NCBI GenBank assembly: GCA_963807605.1
Contig: CAWECG010000002.1
Span: forward strand, 24,779-88,778
Origin: Candidatus Bathyarchaeota archaeon
GTDB taxonomy: Archaea > Thermoproteota > Bathyarchaeia > 40CM-2-53-6 > RBG-13-38-9
Direction: 5' to 3'
DNA: 64,000 nt
This document shows positions 11,003-22,056 of the stretch, one piece after another. The translations under genes were made by a program, and so were the position numbers. The notes beneath the pieces were generated by a model that had not been told where the DNA came from, did not search any database, and was given only the letters and a program-made list of their open reading frames with translations. The first letter of the stretch is position 1. The number at the start of each line of letters is the position of its first letter.

Positions 11003-11503
11003 TTATCTCTCTATATGGGGGGTTGGGTTTGGGTCTTGGTTTCTGTCATTTTGATAGGGAGCCGGTTCCCCTACAAATTGACATCTTTTTAATCTCTGTA
11101 GGTGGTCTGGTAGGACTTGAAATCCCTCACTCCCACCTGCCATAGGATCGACTGCCAAGTCATTCTGTTTGGCATAGTAATACAGGACGTTCAGTAAGAT
11201 GCCGCCTGGAATCGCCCCGGGATATCCTTCTTTGCCAAACAGTACCGACTCCTCGAAGGTCCATATGTTGTGGATCTTCGGTACGAAGGGGAATTGGCCG
11301 GCTCGCTCAAACTCTTCTTTCTTCTTGATCTGTCTGAGATTCTTCAGGGCCTCCTTCCGATTGTCTGCGTTCTTGACATCGTCATACCTGCTAGCGTAGT
11401 CGACCAGCTCCTTGTCACGTGTGATCGTTGTTCTTGAGACACCTAAGATCTCGGCTGACTTTGCCTCTGACCAAGACCCTGAGAAACTGGTGAAAAACAG
11501 CGA
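11003..11503 (-). pseudogene. Fragment of an HTH-DNA methyltransferase fusion (not in the ORF track)
   Basis: Open frame ..WSEAKSAEILGVSRTTITRD (HTH)..GYPGAIPGGILLNVLYYYAKQNDLAVDPMAGG (SAM-binding motif I); similarity stops after DPMAGG and there is no standard start codon. Confidence 0.6.
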
Positions 11504-11779
11504 TTAGACCTCTATCGGCACCATAACTATAAGGGAACTGGAATTCTGGCTAATTCAAGAAGAGGGCACTCAGACCAGTTAGTTCAAATACGATAAACAG
11601 CTAAACCGCTAGAATCTAGGATACGCGACCCTAAAAAGTTCTGAAGTCTGTTGCAGCGGAGTGAAGGGTTACACTGGACCACGCATGTAGTTCTACGAGA
11701 TTTGGGCGAACGAAATTCGAGTTGAATTCTTGGCAGATTTTTTGTTTAAGTGTAAACTATAAGTCTGAACCTATTGTGA

Positions 11780-12274
11780 TTGTTACAAAACTTAGGCGAG
11801 AAAATGTTAGCCCAAGTGCAGCAGGATGATCCTTCCGTGGAAGCATGGATGAGCATTGTAAGTGCTTACAGAGTTGTGCATGTTCTTTTGAATCAGCAAC
11901 TGGCCGAAAGCGGACTGACCTTTCCTCAATATCGAGTGATTAGGGCGCTGGGAAAATTTGGAGCTATGCCGATGAACAAGATTAGTGAACACATGCTTGT
12001 GACGCCTGCCAACATCACGGGTTTGGTTGATAGACTTGAAGGAAGAGGCCATATCGAACGCGTCGAAAGAGGCACTGACAGAAGAGTCAGCAGAATAAAA
12101 CTCACAAGAAAAGGAAAGACCTTGTATCAGCGAACAAGTGTGCAAAATAGGAAATCGGTCAATCGAATCATGAGAGTTTTAACTAATGATGAGCTACTGC
12201 GCTTAGGCAGACTTCTCCAGAAAATCAAAGGGGCAGCCCTTGAAGAGGGGAGTATCCGTAATGAAAGCCATTGA
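11780..12274 (+). CDS. MarR-family transcriptional regulator
   Basis: GLTFPQY.VI..L, ITGLVDRLEGRG.IER..DRR..IKLTRKG. Confidence 0.9.
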   Translation: MLQNLGEKMLAQVQQDDPSVEAWMSIVSAYRVVHVLLNQQLAESGLTFPQYRVIRALGKFGAMPMNKISEHMLVTPANITGLVDRLEGRGHIERVERGTDRRVSRIKLTRKGKTLYQRTSVQNRKSVNRIMRVLTNDELLRLGRLLQKIKGAALEEGSIRNESH

Positions 12275-13196
12275 AGTGCAGAGTCTAAGCAAGACCTACT
12301 CCACTCTGAAGGCGGTTGATGAAATATCGTTCAGTGTGGATGAGGGGGAAATCTTCGGGCTTGTCGGCTTAAATGGAGCTGGCAAGACAACGACGATATT
12401 AATGCTGTCGTCTCTTCTAAATCCTGATTCTGGCGGCGCCACCGTCGGCGGTTATGACATCGTAAAAGAGAAGGATGGCGTGAGGCGGTCCATCGGGCTT
12501 GTATTCGAGGAGGAGGCTGTTGACATCTACCTTACGGGCAAGCAGAATCTGGATTTTGCGGCACGCATGTATAACCTTCCCAAACAAGTGAGAGAGAAGA
12601 GGGTGGCAGAGGTTCTCAAGACTGTTGGGTTGGAAGCACATGCTGATGCACAAGTAAATGATTACTCCGGGGGGATGTTACGCAGGCTTGAGATAGCGAG
12701 AGGAATGCTGACGTCCCCTGAGGTTCTCTTTCTTGACGAGCCGACGATAGGGCTGGACGTGCAGACGAGAAGATATCTCTGGGATTACATCAGGCGAGTG
12801 AACAAGGAGAAGGGTATAACCGTTCTGTTGGCCACATCATATCTTGACGAGGCTGATTACCTCTGTAATAGGATAGCAATCATAGATGAAGGCAGGATAA
12901 TCGTGACCGGCACGCCAGAGGAGTTAAAAACCTCAATGGGTGAAGATCTGATAACGCTCAAGCTATCAAAGGGCTCTGAGGAGGATTTTGTAGCACGTCT
13001 GCAAGAGATGGATTGGGTAAACAACATTGAAAAAAATGACTCATTAATGTTGAGCATGAAAGATAGAAGTGTGGGAATACTGGAAATAGTGAGGTTCGCC
13101 AGAAAGCACGGATTTGGTGTTTCCTCCATAAAATCGCGCAGAGCGAGCTTGAACGATGTCCTTCTGCATTACACGAAGAAGAGAGCGGAGGAATAG
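12261..13196 (+). CDS. ABC-2 (DrrA-like) exporter ATP-binding subunit
   Basis: Walker A GLNGAGKTT, signature YSGGM, Walker B LFLDEPT. Confidence 0.92.
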   Translation: MKAIEVQSLSKTYSTLKAVDEISFSVDEGEIFGLVGLNGAGKTTTILMLSSLLNPDSGGATVGGYDIVKEKDGVRRSIGLVFEEEAVDIYLTGKQNLDFAARMYNLPKQVREKRVAEVLKTVGLEAHADAQVNDYSGGMLRRLEIARGMLTSPEVLFLDEPTIGLDVQTRRYLWDYIRRVNKEKGITVLLATSYLDEADYLCNRIAIIDEGRIIVTGTPEELKTSMGEDLITLKLSKGSEEDFVARLQEMDWVNNIEKNDSLMLSMKDRSVGILEIVRFARKHGFGVSSIKSRRASLNDVLLHYTKKRAEE

Positions 13197-13201
13197 GAAA
13201 G

Positions 13202-14201
13202 ATGGAAAACGTCATAGAGATAAACGAGCTCACAAAGAAGTTTGGCGACTTCGTAGCGGTTGACCACATTAGCTTCACAGTCAAGAAAGGCGAGATATTC
13301 GGATTTCTCGGTCCGAATGGAGCTGGAAAAACAACAGCCATAAAGATGTTGACAACACTTCTGCATCCAACATCAGGTTCTGCCAAGATTTGCGGGCATG
13401 ATGTAGTCAAAGAGCGCGATGAGGTAAGAAGCTGCATAGGAATAGTCTTCCAAGACCGCTCCAGCGACTGGTGGTTGACAGGAAGAGAGAACCTTGATTT
13501 CCATGCAAGGATGTATCAATATAAGTAGCGAGGATAGGAGGAGAAAGATAGAGGAGGTTCTTGACTTGCTTGAGCTGAAGGGAAAAGAGAACATCAAGCT
13601 TTACGATTTGCCTGAAGGGGTTCGACGCAGATTTGAGGTGGCGAGAGGCTTCATGACTTCTCCTGATGTTGTGTTCCTCGATGAGCCGACAATAGGGTTC
13701 GATATAAAGGCGAGGATGGATTTGTGGAGTCAGATAAGGAAGGCGAAGGAGAAGGAAGGTGTAACGGTCGTACTCACAACGCATTACATAGAGGAGGCGG
13801 ATTACCTCTGCGACCGTGTGGCAATCATCGATCAGGCAAGGATAATTGCAATAGATACGCCTAAAAAACTGAAGGAGGCTGTAGGCGAGGATTTAATCTC
13901 ACTCCAAATTGCTGATGGGAAAGAGAAAGAGGCTGAGTTCATGGAGAAGTTAAAAGAGCTTGATTGGGTGAAGAGCGTTGAGGAGTACGGCAACTCCATA
14001 TTGTTGAACGTGAAGAGCGGTGAAGGGAGGGTGGCTGACCTCGTAGATTTCGCAGATAAACATGGGTTTGTCATAACGTCTATAGATGAGCATGAACCAA
14101 GCTTGGAGGACGTCTTTGTGCACTTCACCGGCAGGACAATAAGAGCGGCTGAAGGCGGCGTGAAAGAGATTAAAATGAAAAGAAGCATGAGAGGGAGCTA
14201 G
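13202..14201 (+). CDS. Second ABC-2 ATP-binding subunit, frameshifted near 13516
   Basis: GPNGAGKTT in ORF 13202; VFLDEPT and LTTHY in ORF 13494; a single-base shift joins them. Confidence 0.85.
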
Positions 14202-14271
14202 GAAGATAAAATGGGAGTGAAAGGAGTAAAACAAAGAAGAACCGATATTTGAAGGGCAACCGATTTACAGC

Positions 14272-15042
14272 ATGTGGTTGAGGGAGGTGATACGATTCTT
14301 CCGCATGAAACCACGAGTCATCGCTTTTATAGTCTCGCCGTTCACTTGGCTCATTCTCCTAGGCATCCCACTGAGTAGGCTGTTCCCAGGAGGGAATCTG
14401 CTCGGAGGGATGTCCTTCTTCGCATTCATCGTTCCCGGAATCCTCGGCATGGGCTTGCTCTTCGGAGGCACGAATAGCGGGGTAACAGTCCTCTGGGACA
14501 AGGAGTTTGGCTTCCTGAAGGAGGTGATGGTCGCACCTGTGAGGCGCACATCACTCATGATAGGCAGGAGCCTCGGCGCAATGACGGTCGCAATTCTTCA
14601 AGCTCTAATCACAATAGGACTTGCTCTACTCTTTGGTATATGGTTCGGTTTCCAAATAAACAGCGTTGCTGGTTTCTTCCTGGCGGTAGTCTTCATGATA
14701 ATCACCTTCTTCGCTGCTGTTGGTTTCGGCTTGACGCTTGGTGCTTTGATTGAGGAAACGGAGGGATTTATGACTATTGTGCGTGTGATAGAGATGCCTA
14801 TGTTCTTCCTGTCCGGCGGTATGTTTCCAATAAATCTGATTAAAAGTATACCTGTTTTGTATCAAATACAGTTCCTCAATCCCCTTACTTATGGTGTTGA
14901 CGGGATTAGGGGCGCCGTCAGCGGTGTATATCTCCTGCCGCCATGGATTGATTTCACTGTCATAGTCGCTTTCGCATTGGTATTCCTGTTCCTTGGTACC
15001 TACTGCATTCTCGAAGATGGAAGTTGGGTAAACGCACACTAA
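14272..15042 (+). CDS. ABC-2 type permease
   Basis: DKEFGFLKEVMVAPV, PMFFLSG..FP and NPLTYGVDGIR motifs. Confidence 0.9.
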   Translation: MWLREVIRFFRMKPRVIAFIVSPFTWLILLGIPLSRLFPGGNLLGGMSFFAFIVPGILGMGLLFGGTNSGVTVLWDKEFGFLKEVMVAPVRRTSLMIGRSLGAMTVAILQALITIGLALLFGIWFGFQINSVAGFFLAVVFMIITFFAAVGFGLTLGALIEETEGFMTIVRVIEMPMFFLSGGMFPINLIKSIPVLYQIQFLNPLTYGVDGIRGAVSGVYLLPPWIDFTVIVAFALVFLFLGTYCILEDGSWVNAH

Positions 15043-15155
15043 AGCACTGTATACATCGCTTTTCGATTACTTGACCAGTGAATGAGTTTTTATGTCAAAA
15101 TTTGACTGAGCAACTTGGCAATTGTTAATATTCTGGGATATCTATCAATGCGTCA

Positions 15156-15527
15156 GTGACGGTAAGCCTACCATCGATCAATGAGATCCTAAGAAACAAG
15201 GATCTCTGGAAGGTCGTGCTCTATTCTTCTCTTCTCGAGTTTTTCGGAAAGATCAGGCTAAAGGAGTTCTTTGAAGCTCGCGAAATAAAACAGGAAAAAA
15301 GGCTCAGGAGGCTAGACAAACTTTCTCTTAACCCGGTGCGTGAGACGCTCAAAGACCTTCAACTCATAGAACAGACAATATGTGAGAGGATTGGAGATGT
15401 ACAGAAAGTGAGGAATGAGTTTGTCCACAACATACTTCTCTCCTCCATACTATTTGACGAGGACAAGGCTGAGAAAGCAGCTGCATATGCAAAGCGATGC
15501 ATCTCTGCACTGAGCACTTCCACATGA
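15156..15527 (+). CDS. Hypothetical protein, HEPN-like
   Basis: RNEFVH matches the Rx4H HEPN motif. Confidence 0.45.
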   Translation: MTVSLPSINEILRNKDLWKVVLYSSLLEFFGKIRLKEFFEAREIKQEKRLRRLDKLSLNPVRETLKDLQLIEQTICERIGDVQKVRNEFVHNILLSSILFDEDKAEKAAAYAKRCISALSTST

Positions 15528-15628
15528 AGTACCTCATCAATGTTCAGTTTTCGCACATCAAAGAATTACTGTCCAAAAGCCTATTGTACCTTCTTTGTTT
15601 GAACTAGCTTCCTGCACACTGATGATGG

Positions 15629-17146
15629 CTAAGCTGCAGAAGATTCTAGAAGAGAAGGAACTAATCTACTACGACAAGGTACAGATTCGCCCCCTCGCAG
15701 CCCTTGCCCGCTGTCGCTTAGTTCGACCCGTTTCGACCCTTTTCTAAGGTTTTCCCATTCATTCAGGTTCTTGATGCATCCTACATCTGGTGCTAGGTAG
15801 TCGGAGAAATAGCCTAGAGCGCGAGCTCTACATCCGCCGCAGACGTATCTGTTTTCGCAACTACCACACCCCGGCTTTAGCAAGTCCTTATTCCGTAGTT
15901 CTTTGAGAATTTGGTTTTCTTGCCAGATCTTTTCGAAGTTGGAAGTTCGGAGATTGCCCACAACCAGGTCTGGCATGAAGACGCAAGGAGTGACGAGACC
16001 GTTAGGCTGAATCGCGCAGTAGAGTCTACCGGCACCGCAACCTCCAATGAACTGAGCCAGATCCCGGAGGCCCCAGTTCCTGCTTTTTCCCACATAGAAG
16101 TGTGTAGGTGCGGATAGTCCTCCACAAGACTCCTCCACAGCGACTCTTCCGAACTGAGGCGCCGTGGAGAGGACTTCGATACCTGGGACTTTAGACTCTT
16201 TGATAAGAGTCCTTAGCAGTTCCTCCCTCTCCTCAGGCGTTATGTCCGCTTGAATGATCCCGCGACCTCTGCCAGTGGGGATGAAATTAAAATGAATGAA
16301 ACGGTCAACCTTCATCTTGCGTCCTAACTTGATGATGTCGCAGACTTCCTTCAGATTATATCTAGTTACTGTGGTAGCTATCGATGTGAAGATCCCTGCC
16401 TCTACACAGTTCCTTATCCCTTGAAGCGAGAGAGCATGCGAACCGGGGACCCCTCTGAAGACGTCGTGTAACTCTGGGGAGGCAGCGTCCAAGCTGACCT
16501 CCACATAACAGACATCGATCTTCCTAAGCAGTCTAGCTGTCGCCGGCGTGATCAATGTGCCGTTGGTAGCTAGGGCAACATGCATATCGCTCTCTCTGGC
16601 GACTTGGGCGACATCAAAGAAGTCAGGACTCATCAAGGGCTCGCCGCCGGAGAATGCGATCGAGACAACACCTGCATCCCTAAGCTCCTTGACGACGCCG
16701 AATTTCTCCTCCAAGGACAGTTCATCGCTAGCCCTTTTACCAGCGTTTTGATAACAGTGTCTACACCTCAGATTGCAGGCATTTGTGAGGTTCCAGACCA
16801 CTAAGAAGGGAGCCTTCAAGAGCTGGGGGCGTGTAACGCCGTAATATCCTATACTGCTCAGTACTGCTACTACTGCCCTTCTGACAATTGGATCCCTAAG
16901 GTATTCTCTGATTGATTCCACATTTGTGCCAAAAGCTTGGCAGCCAGTGCTGAGTATCATCTTGACCAGAAAGAAGTAGATACGGTCGGTCAAGCCTCCA
17001 GAGGACTCCTCGAATGCAAAGCTTCTTAAAGCTTGATCTAGCCTTGACCGGTCTTCTGATCCGGTTCTGTCGCCGACTCGTATAATAGCTCTTGATATGG
17101 GATTATTCATTCCTACCTGTAGGAGCCGTACCGTATCCAGGAGCAC
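15629..17146 (-). CDS. Radical SAM/SPASM protein with N-terminal extension
   Basis: CNLRCRHC, SGGEP; SPASM CGAG..PC..CGSC....CGGC. Confidence 0.9.
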   Translation of the reverse strand: MLLDTVRLLQVGMNNPISRAIIRVGDRTGSEDRSRLDQALRSFAFEESSGGLTDRIYFFLVKMILSTGCQAFGTNVESIREYLRDPIVRRAVVAVLSSIGYYGVTRPQLLKAPFLVVWNLTNACNLRCRHCYQNAGKRASDELSLEEKFGVVKELRDAGVVSIAFSGGEPLMSPDFFDVAQVARESDMHVALATNGTLITPATARLLRKIDVCYVEVSLDAASPELHDVFRGVPGSHALSLQGIRNCVEAGIFTSIATTVTRYNLKEVCDIIKLGRKMKVDRFIHFNFIPTGRGRGIIQADITPEEREELLRTLIKESKVPGIEVLSTAPQFGRVAVEESCGGLSAPTHFYVGKSRNWGLRDLAQFIGGCGAGRLYCAIQPNGLVTPCVFMPDLVVGNLRTSNFEKIWQENQILKELRNKDLLKPGCGSCENRYVCGGCRARALGYFSDYLAPDVGCIKNLNEWENLRKGSKRVELSDSGQGLRGGESVPCRSRLVPSLLESSAA

Positions 17147-17595
17147 AACTCATCCCTCCATCAATCCAGACAGTTGAGACGGGTTGGGTGACAGAATCCA
17201 TAGAGAAAATGGTCGTCCACACTAAAATAGTTTAAGTAGATTATCGAGTGTCGCAACAGCACTATTATTATAGGACGCTTTGCGCATGAAAGGCGCTGGA
17301 TTGTTCGCAGAAGGCTTAAAGCTGGAAGATTGCGAATATCGCTGAAGCATATCATCCCTATTTTCTCCCTTTTTTGACCGGCAGTCTATATCAGGCGCTC
17401 GTCCTCAGACTACCTATCTCTATTGGGCAGAAGAATAGGGAAGCACAGAACGATTCTTAAACTTGGAGCGCCAGACGTGCTTCGCGAAATCGATCTATCT
17501 GTAAGTGAAAACATTCATGATTTCCTGGTGGGAGATGGCTCAATGGGCGTTGATCACTTTCGCAACACCTCTCATCATTGCATTGTTTCCGTTCT

Positions 17596-18567
17596 TCAAG
17601 AGACAGGTTTGTTTTTGAATGGTACGACTCTTCTCGCAACCTTGAACATTCTAAACCATTCGGTATCAAACAAGACTAGTCCTGAGTATGCACCCGCATT
17701 ACAGCCCATTCCACATCTTTCACATATGGGGGTAATTCCATTCTCATCAGTGTTAGATATGACACAAGACCGTTTTGTTCTGCCGCTAGCGTCCAAGTTC
17801 ACAAAAAACCATTTTGGACAATTAACAGTCCACTTCCCGTCTCTGAATAAATTCAATTGCTTGGACGTGTTGACAACAAAACCTGGGTAGTCTTCCTTCA
17901 CTTGTAGCATCTTATCAATGGTTCTATCTCTTAGCTTTCCGTATGGTAGCCATAATCTATCATCGTGGGAAAAAGGAGTGTGGAATTGAAATGTCAAACC
18001 TCTCGCGTAACCATACCAATCACGAACCACCTCTTCCACACATTCATAGTTTAGCGTATTCACAGTCATATTAATGAAAACAGCATCTACTTCCGGATGA
18101 TCAATGACGTTCTGTTTCACCTTCTTGTATACGGGCATACCTCTAATTGTGTCGTGAATCGTTTCGGTTCCATCTATTGAAATGAAATATCCTACACCAA
18201 AATCCACCAGCGGCAATGTACCATTTGTTACTATGGAAACAGTTCTCCATCTCATTTCTTGGATTATGACCTCAACAACGTCTGGTCTAAGAAGCGGTTC
18301 ACCGCCTGCCAGAGCAATAGAGATTACACCTTTCTTGATGAAGTTCTGCCTTACAACATTCCTCCATTCATCGGGACCTAATTCTTTTTGCGCTTCTCTA
18401 TTCAGCCACCAATAACAATGTTGACATTTCAGATTGCAGCGGTTCGTAACATCCGCAGAACCAAAAATAGGAATTTTTCTATTGAAACACCTTATTTGGA
18501 TTAGTTCATGAGCAAATTTTGGAATGCCAATTAGTTCTTTCAAATTAGAAGATGGACGAATAACCAA
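17596..18567 (-). CDS. Radical SAM protein
   Basis: CNLKCQHC, AGGEP, TNG; C-terminal CERCGMGC. Confidence 0.88.
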   Translation of the reverse strand: MVIRPSSNLKELIGIPKFAHELIQIRCFNRKIPIFGSADVTNRCNLKCQHCYWWLNREAQKELGPDEWRNVVRQNFIKKGVISIALAGGEPLLRPDVVEVIIQEMRWRTVSIVTNGTLPLVDFGVGYFISIDGTETIHDTIRGMPVYKKVKQNVIDHPEVDAVFINMTVNTLNYECVEEVVRDWYGYARGLTFQFHTPFSHDDRLWLPYGKLRDRTIDKMLQVKEDYPGFVVNTSKQLNLFRDGKWTVNCPKWFFVNLDASGRTKRSCVISNTDENGITPICERCGMGCNAGAYSGLVLFDTEWFRMFKVARRVVPFKNKPVS

Positions 18568-18861
18568 TAGTACCTACACCCAGATCGGTTATGAACGCTG
18601 TTCTCGCTAACGACTCCTAGACCCTCTCGTCGGGGAAAGCAAATCCATCTCGTCTCTAGTGTTGACTAATTCAATATGGAATCTGGACATTTCACAAACC
18701 AGTATTAGTTGGTGACTTGCAAATATTAAACTCAGACGAAAAAATGTAGTAAACGGGCTGGGTTTCTAATATGTCTCGCATATCAGACCATCGCGCTATG
18801 TGGAACCGGGCTAAGCCGCTAGCATAGAGTCAACTATTTCCTGATTTCAAGTCCCAAGAAT

Positions 18862-19395
18862 TCATTGCGTCGAAGAAAACTTGGTCAGTTTCATGTATCG
18901 CTTATTCGCCAATGCACTGAGTAACTCGACTGTGTCCTTAAGAAGTTTCCAGGATTCTCTTTCATTAACCCAAAGCCGATAGGGCTTATTCGTCGCATCT
19001 TTGTAGCGTTCTTCGTCGATTCGCTGGGCAATGTGAGCACTCAAATCACCCATTTCCTTTATGTGGCTAGCCATCTTTGCCTGTCTCGGGGTCATCACCC
19101 CGTCCCCTACTGACCACTTAATGAGACTCACGAGCCTCGCACGGACAACTCGCCCTAAACAATATCGGGCGCCCTCTCTTCTCCATGCTTTTAGCGTATG
19201 AAGCATTGATTCAAGAGCACCACGACACATTACCGCAGATGCCACGTAAAACCTGCTCTTATGACACCCAGCCGCCTCTTGCACCAGGTCCAGAGTTTTT
19301 AAGAAAAGGAATCGGTCTATGTGGCAAAGTTCTTCGTAAGCCTTGAGCCATAACTTAGACGCCGGATCAGATTGTGTCTCCGATACTCCTTCCAT
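18862..19395 (-). CDS. DUF4145-like (HEPN superfamily) protein
   Basis: ASAVMCRGALE and IKEMGDLSAH motifs. Confidence 0.6.
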   Translation of the reverse strand: MEGVSETQSDPASKLWLKAYEELCHIDRFLFLKTLDLVQEAAGCHKSRFYVASAVMCRGALESMLHTLKAWRREGARYCLGRVVRARLVSLIKWSVGDGVMTPRQAKMASHIKEMGDLSAHIAQRIDEERYKDATNKPYRLWVNERESWKLLKDTVELLSALANKRYMKLTKFSSTQ

Positions 19396-19611
19396 GATTC
19401 TGTCAGCAGCGTCAAGGTGTCACATATGATTTGTCTTCTGCCATGTTGTGTTGCGTGAATTTACATGGTTGCTTATAAACGACTGTTTGAGCCGGCAGTC
19501 TGTTGGCATGGGCGCGGCTGAAAGATCGATATAGCCTGCGAGAGAGTTGTTCTGCGATCGTGATTCGTTGCAGAGATACGCCTATTAGTTTTTCAAGACG
19601 ATTTAGAGAGT

Positions 19612-20172
19612 ATGACTGATAAAAAGATCAGAATTCTTGGCTTTGCCGGGAGTCTTAGGAAAGGGTCCTATAACAGAATGGCCCTTAAGGTTGCAGCGAA
19701 GCTGGTTCCAACAGACGCAGAGGTAGAAATCTTCGATCTAGAAGGAATGCCCACCTTCAACCAGGATCTAGAACAAACTCCAGGACCAAAAGTGGTAGAA
19801 TTTAAGGAGAAGATTAGGAGAGCTGATGCAATTCTGATTGTAACCCCTGAATACAACTATTCGATTCCTGGTGTCCTGAAAAATGCCATCGATTGTGCTT
19901 CAAGACCGTACGGCGATAATGCTTTTGAAGGCAAACCTGTCGCTGTGATGGGCGCTTCAACAGGCATGCTTGGCACTGCAAGAGCTCAATATCATCTTCG
20001 TCAGTGCTTTGTATTCCTGAACATGCTTCCAATAAATACCCCCGAAGTAATGATTCCCTACGCCAAGGCGAAATTTGACGAAAACGGCAATCTGAAAGAT
20101 GCAGAAACAAAGGAAAAAATTAGAAACCTTCTACAGGCGCTGGTAGACTGGACTAAGAAACTGAGCAAATGA
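19612..20172 (+). CDS. NADPH-dependent FMN reductase (ChrR/SsuE family)
   Basis: GSLRKGSYN, TPEYNYSIPGVLKNAID, RAQYHLRQ. Confidence 0.92.
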   Translation: MTDKKIRILGFAGSLRKGSYNRMALKVAAKLVPTDAEVEIFDLEGMPTFNQDLEQTPGPKVVEFKEKIRRADAILIVTPEYNYSIPGVLKNAIDCASRPYGDNAFEGKPVAVMGASTGMLGTARAQYHLRQCFVFLNMLPINTPEVMIPYAKAKFDENGNLKDAETKEKIRNLLQALVDWTKKLSK

Positions 20173-20412
20173 GCACACTTCTGAGTTGCATACTTTAGTG
20201 CTGCCTGGCTCGAATTTGAATCTAGGTCCTGCTTCAACGACTCCGAACTCGGACAATATATCAACTATCTGAGGCGGAAGTACAGATCTGCATCGAAGAT
20301 CTGAAAAAGGACCACTTCACCCGATACAATCGCGTGGTAGCCTGTCAGTGGTATCCCCTTGATTTGGAACTTGAATTTTTTGAACCACCACCAAGCATTG
20401 AGAGAAGTCTCC

Positions 20413-20447
20413 TACTAGTAAACTGGTGCCGAATCCCACCCCCACCA
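20413..20447 (+). mobile_element. Degenerate tRNA-Leu-derived att-like site, family B
   Basis: TACTAGTAAACTGGTGCCGAATCCCACCCCCACCA resembles the reverse complement of 46922-46960. Confidence 0.6.
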
Positions 20448-20869
20448 TCCGCCATCACGGCTTTTCGAAGAACCAATCGCAGGAATGGCAGACGGAGAAC
20501 AAGGACTCAAAGAGTTTATCTGACGGCCCCTGACTACACTATATTGATCATTGGTCTGCTGGAAGCACCTTGGTGACGCTGCCCTCTTCCCTAGTAGGGC
20601 TAATGCCCCTAAGGAGTAGGATACCTTCTAAAGAACACAACCCTGAGAAACCTGAAAGCTGCTGTAGAGATTTTCCAACCGAATGTTCAGGTTGCGATTT
20701 CTATCGAAGCGAACTTCCGAAATATGCATACTTAACGACTCTATATTACGGAATATATCAGCCATGTCCAAGAATCGTTGAGAGATGTCTGAAGTATAAG
20801 TATGAAAAAACTACGTTTTGACAAGGTCACTTCAAGTGTTCTCCGATTACTTGGAGTGGTGGTGATTGA

Positions 20870-21169
20870 ATGTCTGAACATCCTTTGAAGATTCTGGAGA
20901 AACTCGATCCAGAGCTTCTCAAGCTCGTTGAAAGTACTAGTAACCTCGCTCTTAGTGACGGTGCTCTACCCAAGAAGTTTAAACTCCTAATCGCGATGAC
21001 TTTGGATGCGTCTCAGGGAGCTGTTCAAGGTGTGAAGGCATTGGCTCAGGCTGCAATACAAGCTGGCGCTACGAAAGAGGAGATCACAGAAGCCTTGAGA
21101 GTTGCTCAATATATTAGTGGAGTAGGAAGCGTCTACACCACTGCACAGGCTCTTAAGGAAATCCTCTAG
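20870..21169 (+). CDS. Carboxymuconolactone decarboxylase/AhpD-like protein
   Basis: GALPKKFKLLIAM.LD, AGATKEEITEAL. Confidence 0.85.
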   Translation: MSEHPLKILEKLDPELLKLVESTSNLALSDGALPKKFKLLIAMTLDASQGAVQGVKALAQAAIQAGATKEEITEALRVAQYISGVGSVYTTAQALKEIL

Positions 21170-21181
21170 CGAGCGTGGTGC

Positions 21182-21877
21182 TCATTTTGATTGGTTCCCG
21201 ATGACTGTAAGTTTGCCGCTTTTGCCAACACTAACTTGCAGCTCTCCTCTAAAGGTTCTTACCCGTCCATTCTCAATTTGAACTGTGTCACCAATCGAGA
21301 CCATGTTTATTTGGTTGTTCCAGAGCGGTAACTTGATAGAACCAGTATCATCAGAGATTGTTGAGTTCGATAAACCGAAAGGATTACCCCCGTACCTCGA
21401 GAAGACCGTCCTCGCGATTGGTTTCTCAACAACCCGGGCTTTCAGATTGACCCATTTGACTCCCGAATTTACATCTTTGACTTTCATGTCGACAGGTATC
21501 GGCTTTTCCATTTTGTTAAGTGTCGTGTATTCGTTCCATGGAGGGCTTTCAAGGTCAATTTCTGGCATATGCTTCAATGTTGCCTCGGTAAGGCGTAGTT
21601 GAGTGATTACCTTTTGATCTTGTGTTACGAGAAAGACACCGTCATTCTTTGTCTTTTGGCGGCATTGGATTGATATGTCCTTGTACGACGATCTCTCATG
21701 CGTCCACGCATCGAAGAAACATTCAAAAAATTTGTGCGGTTCAAGCCCGTATTTCTTCGAAACGAAGAACAAGTACAAGAGGCGTGTCATATCAGGCGTA
21801 AATTGCCGTTGGCCACGGCGTCTACCCCGTCCATAGTGCAACATCTCTCTTCGTAGAACATGTAAGCCTGTCAACAA
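21182..21877 (-). CDS. OB-fold single-stranded DNA-binding protein with N-terminal extension
   Basis: VNLKARVVE, ISDDTGSIKLPLWN, GDTVQIENG..F.GELQVSVG. Confidence 0.8.
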   Translation of the reverse strand: MLTGLHVLRREMLHYGRGRRRGQRQFTPDMTRLLYLFFVSKKYGLEPHKFFECFFDAWTHERSSYKDISIQCRQKTKNDGVFLVTQDQKVITQLRLTEATLKHMPEIDLESPPWNEYTTLNKMEKPIPVDMKVKDVNSGVKWVNLKARVVEKPIARTVFSRYGGNPFGLSNSTISDDTGSIKLPLWNNQINMVSIGDTVQIENGRVRTFRGELQVSVGKSGKLTVIGNQSK

Positions 21878-22056
21878 GATCAGTTTAGAGTGAGTTGTCT
21901 TGCTCTTTAACTTTTGATCATCAGCTAGCGCGTGGTTACTGAGGAATCTGGATGCGACGGATACTTTGCTAAGCCCTTCACTCTGAAGATCTTTTGGTAG
22001 AGGTCAAGAGATATCTTAAGAGATACTGAGCCTCTTCTCCGTTTCTTCCCTCAAAG

